From positions 27,967 to 59,966 of IMG/VR virus record IMGVR_UViG_3300017971_000311: a DNA stretch of 32,000 nucleotides; one strand, given 5' to 3'. The notes under the pieces are model-generated. The model made no database searches. It was not told the origin of the DNA and worked only from the letters and a program-made list of their open reading frames with translations. Shown here one piece after another: positions 14,994 to 21,909 of this stretch. The stretch comes from a virus. Both the position numbers and the translations under genes were made by a program. Positions within the stretch are counted from its first letter, which is position 1, and each line of letters starts with the position of its first letter.

Positions 14994-15022
14994 TTGACAC
15001 CAAGCCCCTCACTGGTTATATA
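14994..15022 (+). promoter_or_regulatory. Sigma70-type promoter for the radical-SAM operon
   Basis: cTTGACA (14994-14999), 17-nt spacer, TATATA (15017-15022). AAGGAGG and ATG 15042 follow. Confidence 0.65.
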
Positions 15023-15041
15023 CTAGTAAAGGAGGTGCAGC

Positions 15042-15848
15042 ATGCCCTTCCAACCCTTCCTGATTAGCAAACAGAAACAGTTCACCAACGGGATCGTCTA
15101 TGGCCTACGCACCGCGGATGGCTACCCTATCGAGGTCACCGATACCTTCCTCCCCTGCTACACCAAAGATGCTGTTGGGCGCCGGCAGAACAAGCTGACG
15201 GGGGTTGGCGTAGGAGATCGTTACGAGCGTTGGATGGTAGGCGTATCTGTGATGAGTGGCTGCCCCGTACGCTGCAAATTCTGCGCAACAGGTCAGCTTA
15301 AGAAGTGGCGTTCTCTCACCGCGCAGGAGATAGCTGCCCAGGTCCAGTTCATCCTGGAGCGCAACTTGCGCTACGATCCTGCTAAATCTTACGAGTTCAA
15401 AGTGAACTACACCCGTATGGGGGAGCCATTTCTCAACATTGAGGAAGTGATTCAAGCCATCCATTTGATCGACGAGCTTCTGCCAAACGTTGACGTACAC
15501 CACTACATCTCCACTATTGGAATCGTCGGCTCAGACTTCGACTGGATCGCAGACAACGTCACTCTGCAACTCTCCCTTCACTCTCTCGACCCTGAACGCC
15601 GCAATTGGTTGATCCCCTACAAGAAGAAGCTCACCATCCCAGAGCTCGGCGACGTCAGAACGTACAGCGATCTGAAAACTACCCTCAACCTCACTCTGGT
15701 GGAAGAAGCCGACTTCGACATCGTGCGGCTGCAGAAATTCTTCCCTCCAGAGCACTTCTTCGTCAAGCTCAGTCCCATCAATCCAAACGAAACCTCAGAG
15801 AGACACGGCTTAGGTACCGGTGTTATCGACGAGGTTAATTTGCATTAG
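15042..15848 (+). CDS. Radical SAM enzyme, RlmN/Cfr-like RNA methyltransferase core (C-terminally truncated relative to RlmN)
   Basis: CPVRCKFCATG is a CxxxCxxC cluster. MGEPFLN, ISTIG, LQLSLHSLDPERRNWLIP and KLSPINPNE are collinear with RlmN motifs. Gly replaces the RlmN Cys118 position. Confidence 0.8.
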   Translation: MPFQPFLISKQKQFTNGIVYGLRTADGYPIEVTDTFLPCYTKDAVGRRQNKLTGVGVGDRYERWMVGVSVMSGCPVRCKFCATGQLKKWRSLTAQEIAAQVQFILERNLRYDPAKSYEFKVNYTRMGEPFLNIEEVIQAIHLIDELLPNVDVHHYISTIGIVGSDFDWIADNVTLQLSLHSLDPERRNWLIPYKKKLTIPELGDVRTYSDLKTTLNLTLVEEADFDIVRLQKFFPPEHFFVKLSPINPNETSERHGLGTGVIDEVNLH

Positions 15849-15862
15849 CGAGGAGGCACGCT

Positions 15863-16006
15863 ATGGATACCGACAAGATCAAAGAAGAACTGGAAGCTGC
15901 TGGGTATGACCACGCAGTAGCGATTGCGACCCAAGCTGAGGTGGAAGCGGGCGCTGCCTGTGGGCAGCTCAGCGTCATCACAGAGAGTGAGGAAGACCAG
16001 CAATAA
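15863..16006 (+). CDS. 47-aa peptide homologous to the RlmN/Cfr C-terminus (AACGQL motif)
   Basis: It has its own GAGGAGG RBS. IKEELEAAGY...AGAACGQL aligns with the RlmN F..L...G......DIDAACGQL segment that carries the methyl-carrier Cys355. Confidence 0.55.
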   Translation: MDTDKIKEELEAAGYDHAVAIATQAEVEAGAACGQLSVITESEEDQQ

Positions 16007-16010
16007 GTGC

Positions 16011-16040
16011 TTGACAACGTCAAAGGGGCGTGCTTAACTT
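16011..16040 (+). promoter_or_regulatory. Sigma70-type promoter, probably leaderless mRNA
   Basis: cTTGACA (16011-16016), 17/18-nt spacer, TTAACT/TAACTT (16034-16040). ATG 16047 lies at the expected transcription start and has no SD. Confidence 0.5.
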
Positions 16041-16046
16041 GCTGGC

Positions 16047-16271
16047 ATGCCAACCTACCTCATTGACGATCAAGCTGCCTTTGATGCTGCTCTCGCTCGT
16101 CTTAGAAAAGAGCGTGACGCAGAAGAGCGCTCTTTTTTCTCTTCAGACCCTCCTCCTGTTCACGTTATTTCTACACAGACGTTTGAGCGCCAATATCAGG
16201 AGACGAACGAGCGCTGCAGGCAAGAACTATTCAGTGTATTCAAGATCCCAAAGGGTCTGATGGAGAAATAA
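16047..16271 (+). CDS. Hypothetical protein
   Basis: 74-aa ORF. Confidence 0.55.
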   Translation: MPTYLIDDQAAFDAALARLRKERDAEERSFFSSDPPPVHVISTQTFERQYQETNERCRQELFSVFKIPKGLMEK

Positions 16272-16273
16272 GG

Positions 16274-16492
16274 ATGTCTGATGAGATTCAATACTTGACC
16301 ATCGAATGCCCCCTATGTGGAGGCAAGTCCGCTATCCCTCATGCTTCCGAGCTCAGTGACATCGTCCACTGTGTTGTGGGTTGCCCAGGTTGTGGGAAGC
16401 ATCTTCTGTGTTTGCCTCCTGGAAAGCTTGTCAAGTTTGACGACCAGGGAGAACACCGGGATTATCCTGTGCACGAGCTGCCAAAAGGGTAG
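16274..16492 (+). CDS. Zinc-ribbon protein (hypothetical)
   Basis: 72-aa ORF with CPLCGG ... CPGCGK motifs. Confidence 0.6.
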   Translation: MSDEIQYLTIECPLCGGKSAIPHASELSDIVHCVVGCPGCGKHLLCLPPGKLVKFDDQGEHRDYPVHELPKG

Positions 16493-16516
16493 CCCGTCTT
16501 GTAAAATACAATTAAG

Positions 16517-16897
16517 ATGAGCGACTTTTTGATTTGCCGCAAGTGCGGCAGCCTCAAGCGGGCGCATACCCATATTGTCTTTCACGACTTTGGCTTCCAG
16601 CTAGGGGAGCCTGGCGTTCATTATTGCCCCACCTGCGATCCTGAGCCGGCGCCCCCGCAAGTGCATCCTATTACCGATCCCGAGGAAGTGTTTGGGAGCA
16701 ATATCGCCGGAATGATTTTTGCCTCCCTGAAAGAAAAAGAAGCCAGGATTAAAGCGCTCGAAGACGCTGTGCGGGAGATGCTCAAGTATGAATGCCCGCG
16801 CTGCGATCTGGACGTGCAGGCAGCAGTAGACGTTTACGGCGTGCAGTTGACCATCACCGGAGTGTTCGATGACAACGAAGAAAAAGAGCCGCGTTGA
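16517..16897 (+). CDS. Hypothetical protein with CxxC pairs
   Basis: 126-aa ORF with CRKCG, CPTC and CPRC motifs. Confidence 0.6.
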   Translation: MSDFLICRKCGSLKRAHTHIVFHDFGFQLGEPGVHYCPTCDPEPAPPQVHPITDPEEVFGSNIAGMIFASLKEKEARIKALEDAVREMLKYECPRCDLDVQAAVDVYGVQLTITGVFDDNEEKEPR

Positions 16898-19661
16898 CCT
16901 CCTGAAGGAGATGTTCAAGGAGTATGGGCTCGATACCGAGTTCTTTTCGCAGTATGCCACGTACGTTGGGACGCAGCTAGATGAGGTGGATCGGGATCTA
17001 TGGCAAATATGCCAAAGCTACAGCTTGGATGTAGAATCGGATTTTGAGCGCGCGAAGTCCGATCCAAAAATCCAGGCCTTGGGGGCTGCCATGGCTGCCA
17101 CCACAAAAGAGTTCCTGGGAATAGGAGCTCCACGCAGCCCAGAAGAAGCATTTGCGGCTCGTAATGTAGGGGTGCCCAATACTACACTCCGTCAAGCAGA
17201 AACCGCAGTCATACTAGGTGCAACAGAGGTTACTCCGATGAGCGCAACAAAGTCCACAAAGAAACCGCAGGGTGCGGGAAGCAACCAAGAGGAAGTAATC
17301 GATCCGGCAAGGGAGCGGGCTATCACTTTATCCAATTGCTTGGAATTTCTGCAGTCAGGTGCAGCAGAGGACTTGCTTGTAGACGCGCGCATTCGCGTTT
17401 CGGAGCATCGACATGCCCAATCCAAGTACCGGCACGATCTGAGTGTGAACAATACTGTCCTGATGCCAGTTGCTATCTTGCGGTTGCTTGCGCACTTTGA
17501 CAGGTCCTCTGAAGGCTGGGCGCAACTGTGGCCTGCGTTGAAGAGGTGGCGCGTAGCTACCATTTTCCGAGATGCGCATCGAAAGGATCTACCAGAAAAT
17601 ATTCGTGTACCGGCGCAGCTGGCTGTCGATGTGTTAACGGTTATCTGCCCGCTTGCAAACGAGCGCAAGATCTCCGACCAGCTGATAAAAGAGAAGAAGA
17701 GCACCGCTTATCATACGTCTGCGATAGATCCTTCACAACGCTCCAACATGCTGGACACGGAGCCGCTATTCGTTCAGTACGGAGAATTCCCTCAGGTGTT
17801 CATGCAGAAGGGCGGTACCGTTACTTGTGACGTGTCCAAGCCAAACATTATAGTTGACGTGCGGGCAGAAACCACCTCCCTTGTTGGGCATCTTCTGCCG
17901 TCAGAAGGATTCACTGCGCCGTCCGACGCGACGATGACCGTAGTAAACTTTCCGTATGAAAACACGGACAAGCTGGTTTGTGTACTTACTCATGGGGATC
18001 TGTACCTGGTTAAGCGAAAGTATATTCCAGAGAGCAAGTATTTAGATGTTGGGCCGCTCTTTAAAGACTGGGGAAACCTGTGCATGGCTTTTGCGCTCCC
18101 AGATGGTACGGTCACCTGTGATTTCGACAAGGGCGGGAAGGCCCTGGGGCGCGTGTGGTCGCCGAACATGTCTGTTCCTGCAGGGGAGCAGGTAGTCGAG
18201 GTTCAGTATGAAGACACCGGGAAGCTGATACGAATTTGCATGCGTGGCATGGCAATGGCACTAAAGATGCCGGAGAAACCACAATACATCAGGCCAGGCG
18301 TGTACAGTGCTTCTGTTGTCGATGGCAAGTATCCTTTGCTTAATTCAGAGACGGGCCGTTTTTCGTCTGAGAAGACTAATGAAGCCAACAAGCCAAGAGG
18401 CGCAGGAGACTACAAGCTCACCACGAACCGGTATGTGCGTCCTCAGCTTAATACTAATAAGAGGTACGTAGCGTCCAAGGCATCCAAACCCCATTCGTCT
18501 GAGACTGGCCGGGTAGCGTCGGATAAGCCTAATATGAAAGAGGTTGGCAGTAAGAATGGCTACCACCGCAAAACGATATCCGCAAACTACAAAGACACAG
18601 AGCTCCGTGTGATTCTGCCATTCCTCTTCACTACGGAATTCGAGCGGATGGCAGAGGATAGTCTCTATGGGTCTGCAGAGGCTAGGTGGCTCACAGAGGA
18701 CCTCGGTATTCCCTACACCAAGCTTAATAATTGCGTGGACGCTTCGCAGGTACGCGAGCTTGTTTGTGAGAGACTGAGGCGCCTACCATGTACGCACACG
18801 CTGTTTCAAATTCCAGGATATCTACGACCAATTTTGCACCTGCTTCATGCAGGGGGCGCCACGTTCGAGAAGGACGCGCACTGGACGCATGTCCATCAAC
18901 GAGAAGAATTTTCTCTTACTATCAACGATGCCCCTTTGGAATTCCATCGGATTGGGTTCTGTCGAGATGGTCGTACTCTACGCCTGCAGATTCCTCGGCA
19001 TACCAATTCGGTAGACTTTAGACCAGATCAAAACGTCCAGGACCTGAAGCGGTTCACGCTACGGTTACGCTGCCTTTCTGCATGGCATGAGATTATTTTT
19101 GCCGACTGCTTCGTTAAGCAATACGAAGAGGCCGGAGAGATCATTCATATTTGGTATACAGGTGGACGAAGGAGCTACGGTTGCCTGCCCAACCCGCATG
19201 GGGAGACGATGGATATGTTGGGCATCTCAGGTCCGTACCCACCTCTAATCGACAACACAAAGCTTCTTGCCCCAGTTGAGGACTACCTTATTTCATGGAC
19301 CAAGGGAAAGCGGCGCCGCCAGGTAGCGGTGACTTGCATGGATCAGCTCACGGTCGAAGTGAACGGCGTGCCGATACAACCAGACTGCATCGAGTTTGAG
19401 GCATTCCCAGAAACAACTCCGCATCCGCGCGTCCATTTATTGATGAGCGGGAAGGATTGGGATGCGCATAAGGATTCGTACATCCCCTCGTTCATCAATG
19501 AGGAATTTCCAATCAAGATCACCCTTAAGGATAAGGGGGTGGTGCTCAGGTCGGATAGGTGCGTTGGCAAAATGAAAAACGCGAGCCAGGATAAGAAGTT
19601 CCGGCTTCGCGTGACGATGCTTAATTTGGAGGCGGTTGGCCGTGAGCCAAAAGAAGATTAA
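16869..19661 (+). CDS. Large 930-aa protein with degenerate family-A polymerase-like motifs
   Basis: It is the longest ORF in the window. Residues about 490-750 carry SETGRFSSEK / SETGRVASDKPNMKEV (compare TGRLSS.PNLQNIP), ANYKDTELRVI (compare DYSQIELRV), SLYGSAEARWLTEDLGIP (compare YGMSAFGLARQLNIP) and IIFADCFV (compare QVHDELV). A G(G/D)TVTCD domain is tandemly repeated at residues about 315-475. Confidence 0.8.
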   Translation: MTTKKKSRVDLLKEMFKEYGLDTEFFSQYATYVGTQLDEVDRDLWQICQSYSLDVESDFERAKSDPKIQALGAAMAATTKEFLGIGAPRSPEEAFAARNVGVPNTTLRQAETAVILGATEVTPMSATKSTKKPQGAGSNQEEVIDPARERAITLSNCLEFLQSGAAEDLLVDARIRVSEHRHAQSKYRHDLSVNNTVLMPVAILRLLAHFDRSSEGWAQLWPALKRWRVATIFRDAHRKDLPENIRVPAQLAVDVLTVICPLANERKISDQLIKEKKSTAYHTSAIDPSQRSNMLDTEPLFVQYGEFPQVFMQKGGTVTCDVSKPNIIVDVRAETTSLVGHLLPSEGFTAPSDATMTVVNFPYENTDKLVCVLTHGDLYLVKRKYIPESKYLDVGPLFKDWGNLCMAFALPDGTVTCDFDKGGKALGRVWSPNMSVPAGEQVVEVQYEDTGKLIRICMRGMAMALKMPEKPQYIRPGVYSASVVDGKYPLLNSETGRFSSEKTNEANKPRGAGDYKLTTNRYVRPQLNTNKRYVASKASKPHSSETGRVASDKPNMKEVGSKNGYHRKTISANYKDTELRVILPFLFTTEFERMAEDSLYGSAEARWLTEDLGIPYTKLNNCVDASQVRELVCERLRRLPCTHTLFQIPGYLRPILHLLHAGGATFEKDAHWTHVHQREEFSLTINDAPLEFHRIGFCRDGRTLRLQIPRHTNSVDFRPDQNVQDLKRFTLRLRCLSAWHEIIFADCFVKQYEEAGEIIHIWYTGGRRSYGCLPNPHGETMDMLGISGPYPPLIDNTKLLAPVEDYLISWTKGKRRRQVAVTCMDQLTVEVNGVPIQPDCIEFEAFPETTPHPRVHLLMSGKDWDAHKDSYIPSFINEEFPIKITLKDKGVVLRSDRCVGKMKNASQDKKFRLRVTMLNLEAVGREPKED

Positions 19662-20013
19662 GCGTAAGCAGCCGCGCATCAAATTCACTCCACACATCGA
19701 GAAGCGTGTAGAGGTGCCGCGGCCAGCGCACAGCGGAGTTGTCTGGGTTGACGAGGTCGAGTATGGGATCACTGTGCGCGACGGCGGTGTTGTGCTGACA
19801 GCCAGACCAAATAATGGAGCTAGCAGCAATAATGATGAGAGCGGCACCGCGCACAACACTCCTTTGGAGGAGACTTCTAGCACGTCCAATCAGGTAACCC
19901 GTCCTGCGCCAATAGCTATAGTGATGGACACCGCTGAAGCGAAAGCGGTCGGCCGCTATCTATTGGAAGCCTCGAAGCTTGCCAGCCGCATGAGGGGGAC
20001 ACGAAATGGCTAG
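19636..20013 (+). CDS. Hypothetical protein (start TTG 19636 or GTG 19642)
   Basis: 125-aa ORF following GGAGG at 19628-19632. Confidence 0.5.
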   Translation: MAVSQKKIKRKQPRIKFTPHIEKRVEVPRPAHSGVVWVDEVEYGITVRDGGVVLTARPNNGASSNNDESGTAHNTPLEETSSTSNQVTRPAPIAIVMDTAEAKAVGRYLLEASKLASRMRGTRNG

Positions 20014-20632
20014 CTATGCAGCTACTGTGCATGAAAACCTTTTGTGTGCACCGACGGTTTACGGGTTTGATGGTTTGGAAGAGCTGCGCGTGGCGGATCA
20101 TCTTTTCCTGACCTCCGGTAACGGATACAAGTGGGAGGCTGGGGAGCTCGTTGACAAATTCCCAGAGGAGTCCCCTCGTCCTTACTGGGGTACGTACATT
20201 AGGGATGTTCTCTATTTGTACTATGCGTACCAGGGGGTCCTTGTCGGGGAACCTAAGATGACCGACTCACTGCAAACTTTAATCTGCGTTGGGGAGCTTA
20301 AACAGTTTTCAGAAGAAGCCGCATTGCAGCGCTTCTTAGAAGAGGAAAGGGAGAAGGGACTCTCTTTCGCTCAGGTCTCCCCACGTTACAGTAGAGCCTT
20401 TAACGTTCCAGACGATGTGAAACCAGATTGGCTAGACGCCATGATAGGTTTCTTGGAGATAGTGGTAGAAGCCCGTGCGGACATATTTAGTGTGCAGATG
20501 GAAAGTGCTGCTCAGCAGCAGGAGACTTGTAGGGAGCAGCTACAGAAGCTCAAGGGATTTCGTAAAGAGCGGAGTGAGTCAACTGTACGTGGGGCTGTTT
20601 GGCACCACAACCTTCGTTGCGGGAATTTGTAG
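20006..20632 (+). CDS. Hypothetical protein
   Basis: 208-aa ORF. Confidence 0.6.
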   Translation: MASYAATVHENLLCAPTVYGFDGLEELRVADHLFLTSGNGYKWEAGELVDKFPEESPRPYWGTYIRDVLYLYYAYQGVLVGEPKMTDSLQTLICVGELKQFSEEAALQRFLEEEREKGLSFAQVSPRYSRAFNVPDDVKPDWLDAMIGFLEIVVEARADIFSVQMESAAQQQETCREQLQKLKGFRKERSESTVRGAVWHHNLRCGNL

Positions 20633-20985
20633 TGGCCACTGATTTAGACAGGCTGCATGAGGTAGCCAAGTGGGATCGCGTTCCAGGGGTCAGACCGTTT
20701 GTTCCACGTGGGGGCGGGGTAACCTATTATGACTGCCACTTGGTAGCAGGGGTAGTAAGCTTGGGCGAGGAAGCTGTCGCTTGTGTGGTGCCTGAGTATC
20801 GGTGGTTAGCTCATGTTTTACCGATGATGCGCGAAGTTTTTCAGGAAGCCGGCTTACCTTTTAAACGGACCTCACAATTAAGATTTGAATCCGGAGAAAC
20901 GCTCATTCGCTTTGCAATATGCGCAAACCCTGATTTTGCTTTGCGCTTCTGCGGGTACACAGAAGCTATGGTATATTTCCGATGA
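20632..20985 (+). CDS. Hypothetical protein
   Basis: GTG at 20632 overlaps the upstream stop (TAGTG). The track start is 20599. Confidence 0.5.
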   Translation: MATDLDRLHEVAKWDRVPGVRPFVPRGGGVTYYDCHLVAGVVSLGEEAVACVVPEYRWLAHVLPMMREVFQEAGLPFKRTSQLRFESGETLIRFAICANPDFALRFCGYTEAMVYFR

Positions 20986-21350
20986 GCCGCAAGATGCAGA
21001 CACCAATCCCTATCGAATCTTATGCGCGTGAGGGGCGTAAACTACTAGCGCAGCCAGGAGGAGCTCGTCTGGCCTTGGAGTTCCTGCTTGATTGTCTGGA
21101 GCGCCACAAGGATGAGCTGCGAGAACTGAGAACCGCACCTGCTCCGAAGACGCCAGCCTTGGCTGATTTGGGCCTTAGATTCGGTCAGATGAAAGAGGTG
21201 GTGGGAGAGCAGGTGGCAATTATGGAGCGGGCTCTAATTGTGGAGGCTCTTTATCGTACCGATGGGAATGCGACTAAGGCAGCAGAGCTTCTTGGGATAA
21301 GTCGTAAGGGTATCCAGCTGAAGATGCAGTCTTTGGGGATCAAGCGGTAG
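20982..21350 (+). CDS. Fis-type (HTH_8) DNA-binding protein
   Basis: The C-terminal MERALIVEALYRTDGNATKAAELLGISRKGIQLKMQSLGI matches the Fis/NtrC-type HTH pattern. Confidence 0.75.
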   Translation: MSRKMQTPIPIESYAREGRKLLAQPGGARLALEFLLDCLERHKDELRELRTAPAPKTPALADLGLRFGQMKEVVGEQVAIMERALIVEALYRTDGNATKAAELLGISRKGIQLKMQSLGIKR

Positions 21351-21352
21351 AA

Positions 21353-21444
21353 AGGGCACGACGGGATTTGAACCCGCGTTGTCGGGGGCCTTAATCCTCG
21401 ACAACCATCCAAAGCGCGCCCAAGCGGCCCGAGTGGTTGTACCC
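21353..21444 (-). ncRNA. Non-canonical tRNA-like RNA (extended helix capped by an ATTAAGG loop)
   Basis: Minus strand has T arm GCGGG-TTCAAAT-CCCGT and 3' strand CGTGCCC. It pairs either with GGGTACA (6/7) 92 nt upstream or with GGGCGCG (7/7) 69 nt upstream. A helix of about 10 bp, GTTGTCG(A)GG/CC(C)CGACAAC, carries a U33-UAA-G37-like loop. No normal D arm. Confidence 0.4.
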
Positions 21445-21510
21445 TCACACCCGGACCTAGTATTGCCAGTATATTCGAATCACCGATGGCATTTAAGCTG
21501 CTGCGTAAGG

Positions 21511-21589
21511 CATTAAGTCTTGCGTGCTGTCTTTACACTACAAACCCATAAAGAGAGGGTTTGGCGGGAATCAAACCCGCACTTCAAGA
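21511..21589 (-). ncRNA. Candidate circularly permuted tRNA gene (3' half, 8-nt linker, 5' half)
   Basis: Minus strand reads TCTTG-AAGT-GCGGG-TTTGATT-CCCGC-CAAACCC-T, then CTCTTTAT, then GGGTTTG-TA-GTGT-AAAGACA-GCAC-G-CAAGA-CTTAATG. The acceptor pairs 7/7 and the anticodon stem 5/5 only in the permuted order. Confidence 0.45.
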
Positions 21590-21678
21590 TAGTTTGTCGG
21601 CAGCGTTCGAGCCGGTGAAACTGGCGAATGCTTAGTTTTGGAGAATAGCTTGACGTTCAGTTCGGGCATCTATAAAGC

Positions 21679-21840
21679 CTCGACAGCCGTCTGCATCAGA
21701 CACGACGACCGCGTTTACCAGATTTCGCCACCCGTACGCAAAGTAATGGGGCTGGGAGGCGCATCGCGTCTCCACTGTTTAAGCGCATCGCGTCTAAACG
21801 CCCCGATTGTACGGGGAAGGGTTCGAACCTCCAAGTCGAG
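21679..21840 (-). ncRNA. Candidate circularly permuted class-II-like tRNA gene (3' part, 70-nt spacer, 5' part)
   Basis: Minus strand reads CTCGAC-TT-GGAGG-TTCGAAC-CCTTC-CCCGTAC-A, then a 70-nt spacer, then GTACGGG-TG-GCG-AAATCTGGTAAA-CGC. A bulged 7-bp hairpin with loop TCTGATG follows, then CT-GTCGAG. The acceptor pairs 7/7 and the outer helix GTCGAG/CTCGAC pairs 6/6. Confidence 0.35.
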
Positions 21841-21909
21841 TTTGGTGTGCTTCATAATCATCGCCCTTGAGATTCCTGCTTAAGTTAAGCTTGTCTCCAT
21901 CCTAAGCCG

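Noticed and set aside
17192-17704. A 170-aa minus-strand ORF inside the 930-aa gene. The same applies to antisense ORFs at 320-655, 5169-5558, 11219-11626, 12008-12460, 13180-13590, 15105-15503 and 19437-19889.
   Set aside because: All are embedded antisense in longer, better-supported plus-strand genes. They lack RBSs and have skewed composition.
21481-21589. Possible two-piece (permuted) tmRNA: a T arm and acceptor 3' strand upstream of the 5' strand, with a downstream frame ...TAC GCA GCA GCT TAA (YAAA-stop) resembling a tag ending.
   Set aside because: The acceptor helix is G1-C72, G2-C71, G3-C70, with no G3:U70 alanine identity pair. The discriminator is U rather than A. A normal D stem is present, which tmRNA lacks. 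No resume-codon context or pseudoknots were found. It is kept as a permuted tRNA candidate instead.
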